Origin: a virus
DNA length: 64,000 nt
Reading direction: 5' to 3' (one strand)
Virus record (IMG/VR): IMGVR_UViG_3300046507_000282
Location: 29,888 to 93,887 of that record
Positions 43,029 to 52,864 of the stretch are shown piece after piece. The position numbers and the translations under genes were made by a program. The number at the start of each line of letters is the position of its first letter. Position 1 is the first letter of the stretch. A model generated the notes under the pieces. That model was given only the letters and a program-made list of their open reading frames with translations. It did no database searches and was not told where the DNA came from.

Positions 43029-45830
43029 TTATTTTCCAGGGGGTAGTTCAATGATCGTGCCGAAGCCAGACGCCGACGGCGTTGGGACCTTCGTGCTCAG
43101 TTTCTGCGTCCTCTTCTGGCCGCTCGGCGTGGTCACCGTCTGATTCAGGGTGATATGGATGTTGCTATCGTTCAGCGCACCCGCGATGCCGCTGCGAATG
43201 TCGCCCTCTTTGCTCGTTTCCTTCGGGCGTTCAATCTTGTCGCTAAAGACGCGCGCCGCATCCTTACCGTTCGATGCCCAAAACGCTGCGCCGGGACCGG
43301 CCTCTTCGCCGCCCTTCTGCATTGACTTCATCATGTAGTCGATTTGGTCGCGCTGGCTCGAACCGTAGAGGCTCTTTCCCATGACATTCTGGAAGTCGCC
43401 CGCGCGAGCCTTGTCGAACTGGAATAGGCCATACGATCCGACGTGACCAGCAGCCGGGTCCATAGACGATTCGCGGATTGCGCTCGCCATGATCGCGGAC
43501 GCATGCGCCTTATCGACGCCCATCCCCATAAGCTGGCCCATGCCGTCAACGACGTTCTGATTGACCGAGTAAGCCCCGCCGACCATCGAGCCATACGTGC
43601 CGTTAGCCCATCCCGCGACTGTGTCCTGACCGGATTCGTAATACTGCGGATTTCCTGCGGCCTGCCGGCGAGGCATGCGAGCGTCGCCCGGGCCGCCCAC
43701 CGTTGAGCCGCCCGGCGCAGCCGTTGAGCCGCCAGGCTGTACGACAATTCCCTTGCCGCCAGCGACCGGGACAGGGCCAGACCCAAAGCCGTACGGCGCA
43801 CCGCTACCGCTCACCGCCGCATCCGGGCTACCGAGACCGGCCATCTTGATAATGCCCTGCATCATCGTGTTGGTCATCGGCAGCAGGCCGTCGCCGATCT
43901 TCGTCTTGATGTCAGATAGCGTTGCGTCGATAGAGCGCTGCGTCGTTGCCTGGTCGTCCTCCTGACCCTTCCCGGCGAGCACGCGGACAAGCTCGTTTTG
44001 GAACTCCTGAAAGTCGCCGCCCTTCTCAGCCTTGTCGAGCGTATTCAGGTCGGCTGGGCTCATGTCGCCGCGGCTGCGAATGCTGTTTTTGTACAGGCTA
44101 TCGAGGCCGCCAAACGAGGTAGCCTTCGAGATGCTGGCGATAGCCTGCAGGCCGCCCTCGCGCACGTCGCCCAGCTTGAGACCGGCGTTCTTCAAAACGG
44201 TCGCAATGCCGTTGTGATCGGAGTCGCTCATGTTCATGAATGACGACGTATCCGCGTACGAGCGAAGGCCGAAGTAGTTCTTCTCGGCGTCAAGCTCCAT
44301 TTCCGCGCCGTACTGGCCGCGCCCGGCGTAAGCGCGATCGAACGCGTCGCGCATGACGCCGAAGTTGGTCCCGGCAGGCCCCTTGCCCTGACTGTCCCAG
44401 TCCTTCACGCCATGCTGCGACATGTAACTTGTGATAGCCGGGCTGTCCAGGCCGTTGCCGAACAGGCCGCCCTCTGCGCGCATCGCTGCGCGGATCGGGT
44501 CAAGGTTGCCGAACGCCTGAAGCGTGAAGTTCTTCGACGCCTCAGTGCCGCCCATTTGCTGCATGGCGGAGTTGGCCTGCCCGAGGATCGAGGATGCATG
44601 GTCCGCTGTCATGCCGTCGCCGCGCAGCATGGAGCCGTAGGCGTTGCCGAAGCGGTCGAGATCAACCGAGCCTGAATTGAACCGATTCTGCGAGGCTGCA
44701 AAGCCCTGCATGGCCTGCATGACTTCGCCAGGCGTCGCCTTACCCTGCGCATTGACGATGGCTTCCGCAAGCTGCGTGGCGAGTTCCTTGTTGTTCTGGC
44801 GCGAGTTGATGCGCTGCATGCCAGAAACGAAGCCGACACCCTGCGACGGGTCGAGTCCGTACGCGCGAGAGAGATCGACGCCCGAGCGCGTTGCGCGAGA
44901 GAGTTCGCCGGGAGTGCTGTATGCGCCGCCGCTCGCCGAGTTCGCCTGTTGCTCCAGCTTGACGAATTCGCCATTCGCCATGCCGAGGCCCTGCGCTGCC
45001 TTGTACGATTCATCGCTCAGGCCACGGAATGAAACGCCGAGGTCGCCCATCGAGCGCTTCAGCGAGTCAAGGTCGAGGTTGCGGGCCTTAGCCTGATCCA
45101 TGCCCTGCCCAGCCCACTCCATGCCCTTGCCAATGACCGACGTGACGCCAGCGAGGATCGCGCCCATGGGGCCGCCAGCGATGCCCGCCGTCAGCACGTT
45201 GCCCATGGAGCCGCCGATACCATTGCCGACGGCCAGCGCAGTCGCCGTGCCCATATCGCGCGGGCGACGCCGCCACCACGAGCCGCCTTCCTCGCCCTCA
45301 CTTGAGCCGCCAGAGCCTCCGCCACCACCGCCGCGCGGGCGACGACCACCACCGCCCCCGCCAGCGCCACCGGGGCCGCCAGCACCGCCGCCAGACCCGC
45401 CAGCGCCACCGCCACCACCACCGGGCGCGGCAGGTGGAACGATGTTGCCGTTCGCATCGGTCTCGTTATAGGCGGTCGGGTCGAGTGCCGTGCCGCGCAC
45501 GGAATGGAGGAAGGCGCGATCACGAAGCCGCTGCGCCACACGCGGGTCAGCGGATAGCTTCGAGAAGTCGATTTGCGACAGGTGCGAGCCGGTCTGGCCG
45601 GTCGCCTTCAGAGCGGAGCGGAGCTGCGCAGAGAGCGCGAGCGTCTGCTGAAACTGCTTGTTGACCAGCGCGAGATCGCGGGCCATCAGCTTCACGTCGG
45701 TCGGCTCGAACTTCATCTTCTGATTCTGTGCGACCGCAGAGCCCAGCTTATTCATGCTGGCCGTTATTTTCTGAATCGCTGCGTCAACGCCGCCGACGTT
45801 TGCGCCAACGCCAATTTTGACTTCTGCCAT
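43029..45830 (-). CDS. Tape measure protein with C-terminal phage tail lysozyme domain
   Basis: Ala/Gly-rich 933 aa; 'AIMAS..RESSMDP...SYGLFQF...QIDY...ERP'. Confidence 0.85.
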   Translation of the reverse strand: MAEVKIGVGANVGGVDAAIQKITASMNKLGSAVAQNQKMKFEPTDVKLMARDLALVNKQFQQTLALSAQLRSALKATGQTGSHLSQIDFSKLSADPRVAQRLRDRAFLHSVRGTALDPTAYNETDANGNIVPPAAPGGGGGGAGGSGGGAGGPGGAGGGGGGRRPRGGGGGGSGGSSEGEEGGSWWRRRPRDMGTATALAVGNGIGGSMGNVLTAGIAGGPMGAILAGVTSVIGKGMEWAGQGMDQAKARNLDLDSLKRSMGDLGVSFRGLSDESYKAAQGLGMANGEFVKLEQQANSASGGAYSTPGELSRATRSGVDLSRAYGLDPSQGVGFVSGMQRINSRQNNKELATQLAEAIVNAQGKATPGEVMQAMQGFAASQNRFNSGSVDLDRFGNAYGSMLRGDGMTADHASSILGQANSAMQQMGGTEASKNFTLQAFGNLDPIRAAMRAEGGLFGNGLDSPAITSYMSQHGVKDWDSQGKGPAGTNFGVMRDAFDRAYAGRGQYGAEMELDAEKNYFGLRSYADTSSFMNMSDSDHNGIATVLKNAGLKLGDVREGGLQAIASISKATSFGGLDSLYKNSIRSRGDMSPADLNTLDKAEKGGDFQEFQNELVRVLAGKGQEDDQATTQRSIDATLSDIKTKIGDGLLPMTNTMMQGIIKMAGLGSPDAAVSGSGAPYGFGSGPVPVAGGKGIVVQPGGSTAAPGGSTVGGPGDARMPRRQAAGNPQYYESGQDTVAGWANGTYGSMVGGAYSVNQNVVDGMGQLMGMGVDKAHASAIMASAIRESSMDPAAGHVGSYGLFQFDKARAGDFQNVMGKSLYGSSQRDQIDYMMKSMQKGGEEAGPGAAFWASNGKDAARVFSDKIERPKETSKEGDIRSGIAGALNDSNIHITLNQTVTTPSGQKRTQKLSTKVPTPSASGFGTIIELPPGK

Positions 45831-45851
45831 GCTCGCTCCTTTGATTCATGA

Positions 45852-45895
45852 ATGGTCGCGTCACGAACGAAAAAGCCCCGGCGAACCGGGGCCTT
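45852..45895 (-). promoter_or_regulatory. Terminator plus late-promoter cassette (near-duplicate at 52408-52452)
   Basis: GCCCCGG-TTCG-CCGGGGC-TTTTT-CG-T-TCGTGA-CGCG-ACCAT. Confidence 0.75.
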
Positions 45896-45896
45896 C

Positions 45897-46218
45897 TCAC
45901 TCTTCGGGGCCCCAGTCTTCGGGGTTTGCTTCTGGCCCATCAGTGCCGCCAGCCGCCTCTGCAGCTTCCGCCTCTGCGTTGATCTGCGCGAGGTAGTCAC
46001 TGGCCGCGTTCTCGTCGTCGTCATCAAATTCGACGCTCGCCTTCGATTCCTGGTAGTGGTACGCCCACCACTCGGATTCGATATCCTCCTCAGTCATCGC
46101 GAGGAAGCGCGGGTCAGTCGGAGCGAGACTGTACTTTTCGCGGAACCAAAGCTCGTAAGTGTTCGCGAGCGCCTTGCCGCGTGCTTTAGCTTCCTTGCGC
46201 CGGTTGGGGACGAAAGGA
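45897..46218 (-). CDS. Tail assembly chaperone extension, reached by a putative +1 frameshift
   Basis: +1 frame open from TCC-TTT-CGT-C; encodes '...YELWFREKYSLAPTDPRFLAMTEEDI..'. Confidence 0.7.
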
Positions 46219-46521
46219 CTGCTCCTTTGCGGACAGCGCGGTAAAGACCTTCATGATCTTTTTGTCGAAATCGTCGTCCATCAGCGGGTCGAGCGCTTCG
46301 AAATTGAACGTTTCCGGGCAGCTAACCAACATCGTTTGCAGAACGACATAGCCGAGCGCGGAGATATCGGAGCAATTGCCCTTCTCGTCGTACAGCCCTT
46401 CCGTCAGCACGTTGTAGCGCGAGCGGATTTTGAAGTGATCCTCGCGTGTGCGACGGCCAAAAACGAAGGTGCCGAAGCCTTCCACTTCGACGTTGAAATC
46501 TGTTTCTTTCGCGGTACGCAT
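46186..46521 (-). CDS. Tail assembly chaperone
   Basis: Between tube and tape measure; GGAG RBS. Confidence 0.8.
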   Translation of the reverse strand: MRTAKETDFNVEVEGFGTFVFGRRTREDHFKIRSRYNVLTEGLYDEKGNCSDISALGYVVLQTMLVSCPETFNFEALDPLMDDDFDKKIMKVFTALSAKEQSFRPQPAQGS

Positions 46522-46577
46522 TCAATGGTCTCCAAAAGGAAAAACCCGCCACCCGAAGGCGGCGGGCGCAGTAACGC

Positions 46578-47024
46578 TTATGCGTTTGTGCCGGTACGGT
46601 CGAGAGCGAGCAGTTGACCTTGCTGCATGACAATCGCGTGCTTCGACACTTCGAGCGAGCCCGATGCGTACGAACAGCCGATGTAGTTTGCGAGCAAGAT
46701 ACCGTCGTCCTTCGAGTAGATTTCGACGTTGAACACGATGCCGAGAAGCACCGCGTCGCCGTTCTCAGGCGCGATACCAGCCTTCACCATCGCACCCTTG
46801 TTCATAACCATCGCGGACACTGCGAGCGAGTGACGTGCGATAGTCGGCACGTTCTCCTGCACGTGAATATCGCCGATGCCGCTAGCAGGTTCCGGCGCAT
46901 AATCGTCCGAGGCCGTCACCGACTGCAGCATGCCGATTTGCACGCCGCCGAAGGTAATGATGATCCGGTTACCGGAGCGGGTTTGCAGGTTCGTTTGACC
47001 CTGCACAGTGTTCGTGTTTGCCAT
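46578..47024 (-). CDS. Tail tube protein
   Basis: 148 aa after the sheath; 'IGMLQS...GIGDIHVQENVP'. Confidence 0.88.
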   Translation of the reverse strand: MANTNTVQGQTNLQTRSGNRIIITFGGVQIGMLQSVTASDDYAPEPASGIGDIHVQENVPTIARHSLAVSAMVMNKGAMVKAGIAPENGDAVLLGIVFNVEIYSKDDGILLANYIGCSYASGSLEVSKHAIVMQQGQLLALDRTGTNA

Positions 47025-47038
47025 GTTCGGCTACTCCC

Positions 47039-48787
47039 TTATGCCGACGCAGTGCCAGAGAACGGCACAGCGTAGACAGTCACAGAAACGTAGTTGGCCG
47101 GCAGAACAGGCGAGCACTGGAACGACACTGCGACAGCCGTTCCGACCGCGCTCGCGGTGATGTTCTGATACGGCGGATTCGTCGCGTCGCCAGCCAGCAC
47201 ACCCGGGCCTTGCGGATCGGGAACGGCAAGCTCCTTCAGGTTCGATTCGACCAGCGTGACGGCACGACCCAGGAGGATCGGGGTGATCTTCTGGCCGCGC
47301 AGCGGGTCGAGCGCCTCGCGCGACGTGCGGCAGGTGTAGTCCAGCGCCCAGCCCACCGACTGTTCGACCTTGTCGTAGTTTTTGTCCACGAGCCACGTCG
47401 AGATCGACTGAATGACCATGTAGCCAGTCGTCTGCTTCGCCAGCGGGATAACGCCGCCCTGAATCAGCGGGTCGGTATCCGTCGGCACATTCAGCAGGCG
47501 TTCGAGACCGGAGAAGGTCATTGCCTTGTTGGTCATGGCGGTGCCCGGCGAGACGCCCGAGAACGCGCCCGCAATCGCGGCAGCCGTCAGGTACGGCGGG
47601 TAAAGCTGCAGGCCCGCTTGCACGCCGGTCAGGTCGAAGCCGTAGTAACCCAGGTGGACCAGCGAAGTGCGGTTCGAATTCAGGTTGAACGCGAACGCGA
47701 TTGCTTGAGCGTCCGTGGTGCCGATGTTCGGACCCACGATTGCGCGGCGCTCGCGCCCGCCTACCGTGCTCATGAACTGCACGTGCGCGTCCACCATTGC
47801 CCATACGTCAGGCAGCGGCGAAATCGGCGTGATCCACTGAACGTCGCTGTTTTGCAGAACGGTCAGCGCCGCGTCGTAACTGGCCGGCGAAGTCTGGCCG
47901 TCCGATCCGCCCGCGAGGTACGTGAACGGGATGTGCGCCAGCGGCAGGCCCGAATAACCTGCCGCGTACGACGCGACGATCAGCGGCTGGCTGAGCGGCG
48001 CTACCGAGTTGAACCACGCCATCAGTTGATTCAGGTTCGCGGTAACCGCGACCGTATCGCCGGTTTCAGCCGGGATAAGGCTCACCGCCGTAACCGTGTC
48101 GAGACCATTGAGCGACGGCGCATTGATCGAGCCGCCATTCACGTCCGCTTCGAAGCCCGGCAGCGTGTTGATGAAGTCAACAAGCTGGCCGACCGTCGGG
48201 TACGTCGCCAACGAGATCGTCGCAACCGTAGTTCCGCCAGCCGTCAGAACCAACGTGGTCGGCGTGATCGACAGGGTCGCAGCGGTCTGAGCGCCAACGT
48301 ACGTGATGTTGAACGGGTTCGCCGTCAGGTTGTCGATGCTGTACGACGCCTTGCCGTAGGCACAGGTCGCTGCATAGCCAACGCCACCGCTCGCCGCTTC
48401 CACCGTCAGCTTGATTTGAGCCGTGTAAGCGCCCCAGTCAGCCGATGCGATGTTCACGGCAGCAGCGCTGTTCGTGTCGTTCAAGGTGAGCAGCGATTGC
48501 GTGGCCGGATTGACGCGAACAACGTCCACGCTGGCCGGGCCGCCCGTTTCGTTCGAGGCGCTGAAAGCCTTCATTGCAGCCGTCAGCAGTTCGCCAGAAA
48601 TCAGGGTTGCCTGAGCCTCATTCGGGCTCCCGAACGTCAGGACGACGCCGGGCTCACCGCCAACGGACTCGCCGAGAAAGCAGGCGACATTGCCCACGCT
48701 CTGGCTTTGCGGTGCCAACGCGCTATCGTTGACAGCCGACATGGTGGCCGGAGTAATCCACTCGCGGCCATTGAAAAAGTAACTCAT
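47039..48787 (-). CDS. Tail sheath protein
   Basis: 582 aa; 'GESVGGEPG...SGELL.A...LAGGSDG...LIQGGV...PVLPANYV'. Confidence 0.92.
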   Translation of the reverse strand: MSYFFNGREWITPATMSAVNDSALAPQSQSVGNVACFLGESVGGEPGVVLTFGSPNEAQATLISGELLTAAMKAFSASNETGGPASVDVVRVNPATQSLLTLNDTNSAAAVNIASADWGAYTAQIKLTVEAASGGVGYAATCAYGKASYSIDNLTANPFNITYVGAQTAATLSITPTTLVLTAGGTTVATISLATYPTVGQLVDFINTLPGFEADVNGGSINAPSLNGLDTVTAVSLIPAETGDTVAVTANLNQLMAWFNSVAPLSQPLIVASYAAGYSGLPLAHIPFTYLAGGSDGQTSPASYDAALTVLQNSDVQWITPISPLPDVWAMVDAHVQFMSTVGGRERRAIVGPNIGTTDAQAIAFAFNLNSNRTSLVHLGYYGFDLTGVQAGLQLYPPYLTAAAIAGAFSGVSPGTAMTNKAMTFSGLERLLNVPTDTDPLIQGGVIPLAKQTTGYMVIQSISTWLVDKNYDKVEQSVGWALDYTCRTSREALDPLRGQKITPILLGRAVTLVESNLKELAVPDPQGPGVLAGDATNPPYQNITASAVGTAVAVSFQCSPVLPANYVSVTVYAVPFSGTASA

Positions 48788-48806
48788 GACGCTCCTTTTT
48801 TACGGG

Positions 48807-49088
48807 TTACTTCGTGTTTGCCGCGGTCGCGGTATTGGCCGCCTTGCGATGGCTGAACGGCGTGTGCGTGTATTCAGCGAAAGCGGCGTGGTAGTTCGCC
48901 GGGAAGTCGCGGAATTTCTTCGCAGCCTTCATCGTGTGAACGAAGCCGTGGATCAGCGCGACGCGCTTATCCGTACCGGACAGACGCGTGGCGAAGTGCT
49001 CCAGCGAGACCTTGTGAGCGGTATGCGGCTTGTGGGCGGCAGCGTCTGGCGCTGCTGCGGTTTCGGTGCTCGGCGTGTCGATAGCCAT
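48807..49088 (-). CDS. Hypothetical virion-module protein
   Basis: AAGGA RBS before MAIDTPST. Confidence 0.65.
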   Translation of the reverse strand: MAIDTPSTETAAAPDAAAHKPHTAHKVSLEHFATRLSGTDKRVALIHGFVHTMKAAKKFRDFPANYHAAFAEYTHTPFSHRKAANTATAANTK

Positions 49089-49122
49089 GTCGAATTCCTT
49101 TTCGGTTGATTGATTTGGCGAT

Positions 49123-49989
49123 TCACGCCGTTTCGTTTTGTGCTGCTGAAAAAACTGCCACGCCATCCAAAGTGACTTCCGTAACAACCGGGACTTCGTC
49201 CGTGACGTATGCGGGCGCGAGGCATGAGAAGCTGCACACCGTCGAGAAGATCGGAGCCGGGTATTCGCCTGATACGTAGTCCTGATCGGACTGGGAGATA
49301 TCAATGCGGATCATTCCGAGGCCATCGAATACCGGCAGGTTGGCGATAATCAGGCGGCGCATAGCCTTGCGAAGCGCAATGCGCTCGTCGGCGTTTTTCG
49401 ACCAGCCGACGATGGCGAGGACGGTGTTAGCCATCCATCCCTCACCTTCTTTCCACATGCCGCTATCCGGGTCCCAGTCATCCGATCCAATCGACTCGCC
49501 GATGCCTCGCTCTGCAGGACCATCGCTAGTCACGTGGACGCTCACCATCGGCCAGCGCGTGTCGTCAAAAGCGGGCGGCGCATTGAGAACGGGGATTTGC
49601 TTCGTTACCGGCGTCAGCGTGCCGCGCGATACCTCAACGGCCACGCCATCAGCCAGGCGGTCGCGAACAATCGTGAGCGCGTCCACCGACTGATCGCCGT
49701 AGATGGCATTCGGGACTCCCGTGAACACGGGGCTAGGCGTCCAGTTCTCACCATCGATGGTCGAGAACAGGCAATACGAGTAGGTCGTGCCGTTCACCAA
49801 CTTCCGAACGTCCACTACGTAGGTCGCCTGATCGCCCGCATAGATCAGCATCGAGAGCGGGTCAACCGGGCCAATGAATACGCCCGTCGTGTTACGCATC
49901 AGTGCCCATTGGATAGCGCCCTCAGAAGGTTCCATAAAGACCTTGAAGGCGTTCCCGACTGGCAGTGGAAGTGCTTGGTTTCCGTACAT
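49123..49989 (-). CDS. Tail completion/terminator-like protein
   Basis: Position before the sheath; 'WPMVSVH..D....RGIGE'. Confidence 0.65.
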   Translation of the reverse strand: MYGNQALPLPVGNAFKVFMEPSEGAIQWALMRNTTGVFIGPVDPLSMLIYAGDQATYVVDVRKLVNGTTYSYCLFSTIDGENWTPSPVFTGVPNAIYGDQSVDALTIVRDRLADGVAVEVSRGTLTPVTKQIPVLNAPPAFDDTRWPMVSVHVTSDGPAERGIGESIGSDDWDPDSGMWKEGEGWMANTVLAIVGWSKNADERIALRKAMRRLIIANLPVFDGLGMIRIDISQSDQDYVSGEYPAPIFSTVCSFSCLAPAYVTDEVPVVTEVTLDGVAVFSAAQNETA

Positions 49990-49995
49990 GCAACC

Positions 49996-50032
49996 ATGCT
50001 GGCGTCACGACAACGGGACGTGACACGACGAT
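49996..50032. promoter_or_regulatory. Back-to-back putative late promoters
   Basis: Minus TCGTGA-CGCC-AGCAT; plus ACGTGA-CACG-ACGAT. Confidence 0.7.
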
Positions 50033-50038
50033 TCAGCT

Positions 50039-50896
50039 ATGGCCGATACCCAATTCAATATCTCGCTTCAAATGCCGTCCGTTGACCAGTTGGTTCGGGT
50101 CATTAACGGCGCGACATTCCCGCTCGCCGCGAAGGCCGTTGCAGCCATCGCGAGCGAGACTTCGTTCCGATGGAAAGAGTCGGTTGCGCGTGCGCGCCTA
50201 TGGCAAGGCGAGAAAACGCCATATATCCAGTCGATCAAGGTCCGCGTTCTGAACGACTTGAACATGGAGGTCTATAGCGACTACCAATACGCGCAGGAAA
50301 TTGAAGAGGGCCGCCCGCCGCGCGATCTGAAATTGATGCTCAACACGAGCACGAAGACCCGCGTGTCGCAGAAGGGTCGCCGCTTCCTCGTGATTCCGAT
50401 GCGCAAAAATAGCCCCGGCAACGAGGCGCTCGCGCCACCGATGCCCCTGAGCGTCTATGAGTTGGCGAAGGAAATGATCCCGACTGAAGTGACGGGAATG
50501 GGTCAGCGCTATTCCGGCGAGGAGGTCAGCTTGTCGCCCACGTCAGGCATGACGCACAGCGGACAGAATCCGAACTTCCTATCGAATCCAGCGACGAAAA
50601 GCGCCTACATGGTTCCGAAGGCGAACTATCAGTGGGGCGGTAAGTTGTCGCGCGGCGCGCTACTGGCGGCAGGCGTATCGAAGGCGGATGCGAAGCTGTA
50701 CGCGGGCATGGTGCGCATGAAGGAATCGACGGGCGGCAGCGCATACCTGACGTTCCGCGTGATGGCCGAAGGAAGTCCGGGCTGGGTTACCAAGCCCGTA
50801 CCCGGCAAGCACATTGCACAGAAGGTCGCGCAGGGAATGCAGCCGCTGGCGACGGCTGCGATCAACGAGGCTATGAAGCGGATGTCGCAGACCTAG
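50039..50896 (+). CDS. Neck/tail-completion-like morphogenesis protein (inverted orientation)
   Basis: 'YAQEIEEGRPPRDLK...RFLVIPMR...YLTFRVM....GW'. Confidence 0.65.
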   Translation: MADTQFNISLQMPSVDQLVRVINGATFPLAAKAVAAIASETSFRWKESVARARLWQGEKTPYIQSIKVRVLNDLNMEVYSDYQYAQEIEEGRPPRDLKLMLNTSTKTRVSQKGRRFLVIPMRKNSPGNEALAPPMPLSVYELAKEMIPTEVTGMGQRYSGEEVSLSPTSGMTHSGQNPNFLSNPATKSAYMVPKANYQWGGKLSRGALLAAGVSKADAKLYAGMVRMKESTGGSAYLTFRVMAEGSPGWVTKPVPGKHIAQKVAQGMQPLATAAINEAMKRMSQT

Positions 50897-51552
50897 CGGC
50901 TGAACAGGTCCCAATCGCGCAGCACCACCTTGCGGGGCAGTTGCAGGCCCTGCTGAAAATTCCGGTTCGTCGGATACATGCCCCAGCAGTAGTAATCGAG
51001 CATCTTGACGCCCGTGATCGTGTACTGGGTTCCTTCCGTCGGGGCCGCGCCAGAAACGCCCCAGTTGATCGAGCCGTCAGGATTCAGAGTCGGAAGGTCG
51101 CCATAGATAATCCCCGTACCGTCAGGCGTGCGCCAGAATACCTGCGTGAGACTCAGCACGCTTGTCCACAGCTTCTCCAGCGGGCTCCCGGCAGTCAGTA
51201 CTAGGCTGAATACCTGCTGCGTGTTCAGAGCCGTCACGCGGTCCCACTGGCCCATGCCGTAGATGGTTGCGGCCTGCGGAATGGTAAGCACCAAGTCGCC
51301 CATTTCGTACTGGCCGAACGTCGCCCATGCCTTCTGTGAGTTCTGGCCGGCGAGCGCGGCGACGCCTTGCACTGGCGTGGCCGGATAAATCTTGCCCTTG
51401 CCGAGGCAAAGCGGACATGCCGGATCGGCCTGCCCCGAGTTCGGGTCGGCACACGGGCACGCGTTCGATTGATACCAGGCATACTGCTGCCCGATCTGAC
51501 CGTACTGTCCGAGGAACTGGTTGAACGCACCGGGGCTGAATGGCATACCCAT
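50893..51552 (-). CDS. Head closure/neck protein
   Basis: 'CPC......DPACPLCLGKG'; position after the adaptor. Confidence 0.7.
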   Translation of the reverse strand: MGMPFSPGAFNQFLGQYGQIGQQYAWYQSNACPCADPNSGQADPACPLCLGKGKIYPATPVQGVAALAGQNSQKAWATFGQYEMGDLVLTIPQAATIYGMGQWDRVTALNTQQVFSLVLTAGSPLEKLWTSVLSLTQVFWRTPDGTGIIYGDLPTLNPDGSINWGVSGAAPTEGTQYTITGVKMLDYYCWGMYPTNRNFQQGLQLPRKVVLRDWDLFSR

Positions 51553-51555
51553 GGC

Positions 51556-52386
51556 TTACCCCAAAATCTGCGAGTTGATGCCGTGGATCGACGTGAAGAG
51601 GCCGCCGTTCGAGCCCTTCGGCCCGAAGAGAGTCTCGTTGATGTCGTCTTGCCACGCCTTGTAATTGAACGAGTTCGATTGCGACAGACCATCCGCCGAG
51701 ATCGACGCCGACTGCGGCAACATCATCATCTTGAAAATCTTCGCGATGGCGATGCGCTTCACCACGTCAACGAGGTCATCCCACTCCTGCGCGAAGCTCG
51801 TTGCCACCTTGCCGCTGGCGTTCTTCAGGCCGCACGTGTAGCGGATTTGGATGGCCTGCGGATACGTGATCGAGCCAGCCATCGCGACGAGCGCGAATGC
51901 GCCTACCGGCGTAGTGGCCGCCGAGGTCGTGGGCACGAGGTTCAAATCGCCATTCCTGCGGTCAATGCGAATCCACTCGCCCGGCACGGTGTAGTTCTGC
52001 AGGAACGGCGCGGGGAAGGAGATAATCACCGACTCCACCGACTGAACCGGGCGATACGGCAGGCGGCACAAGCCCCAGCGCTCACCCGAGAACATAGCCG
52101 GGTCGTAATCGAATCCTGAGATCGTGATGTAGCGCGTATTCGCCTGTTCGAGCGCATCAATCTCACTCTGCGGTGCCATGTCCGGAATGACCACCACCGC
52201 ATCAAAGAACGTCTTCAGCAGACGCTCGCATTCGGTCTCCGCGGCGACGAGCTTGTCCCAAATCATCGAGTCCGTCAGCGCACCCATGTTGATGTAGTTC
52301 GCCGGGCCGAGCGCGAGCTGCGTGCGCAAGTCAAGCACAGCGTCATCTTGATCGGGGAATAGTGCGGTCGTTTGTTGCGAGGCCAT
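51556..52386 (-). CDS. Head-tail adaptor protein
   Basis: 'YRPVQSVE...PQAIQIRYTCG...SISADGLSQS'. Confidence 0.75.
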   Translation of the reverse strand: MASQQTTALFPDQDDAVLDLRTQLALGPANYINMGALTDSMIWDKLVAAETECERLLKTFFDAVVVIPDMAPQSEIDALEQANTRYITISGFDYDPAMFSGERWGLCRLPYRPVQSVESVIISFPAPFLQNYTVPGEWIRIDRRNGDLNLVPTTSAATTPVGAFALVAMAGSITYPQAIQIRYTCGLKNASGKVATSFAQEWDDLVDVVKRIAIAKIFKMMMLPQSASISADGLSQSNSFNYKAWQDDINETLFGPKGSNGGLFTSIHGINSQILG

Positions 52387-52476
52387 GAGTGCTCCTATGA
52401 TGCTTCGATCATCCGGTCACGAACGAAAAAAGCCCCGGCGAACCGAGGCTTTTTGTGGGGCGAGAGGCGCTTAGGC

Positions 52477-52782
52477 TTATTGCTTTTGATCTTGCTTCGC
52501 AGCAGCAGCGGCAGCGGCTTCTTCGGCGGTCTGGCGCTCCGCCGCGGCAGCAGCTTCGGCGGCAGCCGTGTCGTCCTGCGGCGGCGTGTTCGGCGCGGGC
52601 GGCGTAGCCGGTTGCTTCGGCTGCGACGCTGCCTTCACGACGACGTAGTTCGGAATCTTCAGGAAGTAATCAGCCTGCTCTTGCGTGATTTCCTCCGAGA
52701 TCGCACCCTTCGGGCCGGGCGTGAACTTGATGCCGTTGATAAGGCTGCTTGCGTTTTTGCTGCGATTCAAAACTTGAGGCAT
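52477..52782 (-). CDS. Hypothetical head-associated protein
   Basis: Follows the capsid gene; 'NASSLINGIKF...SEEI..EQADYF..IPNY'. Confidence 0.7.
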   Translation of the reverse strand: MPQVLNRSKNASSLINGIKFTPGPKGAISEEITQEQADYFLKIPNYVVVKAASQPKQPATPPAPNTPPQDDTAAAEAAAAAERQTAEEAAAAAAAKQDQKQ

Positions 52783-52864
52783 GTCGATTCTCCGTGGTTT
52801 CCTGCTTATGAAGAAGGAGGCCTAGGCCCCCTTCTTCTCTACGCGCAGAACTTAGCGCGAACGA

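Noticed and set aside
45300-45430. GGC-rich repeat tract
   Set aside because: Encodes a poly-Gly linker in the tape measure protein; not a separate element
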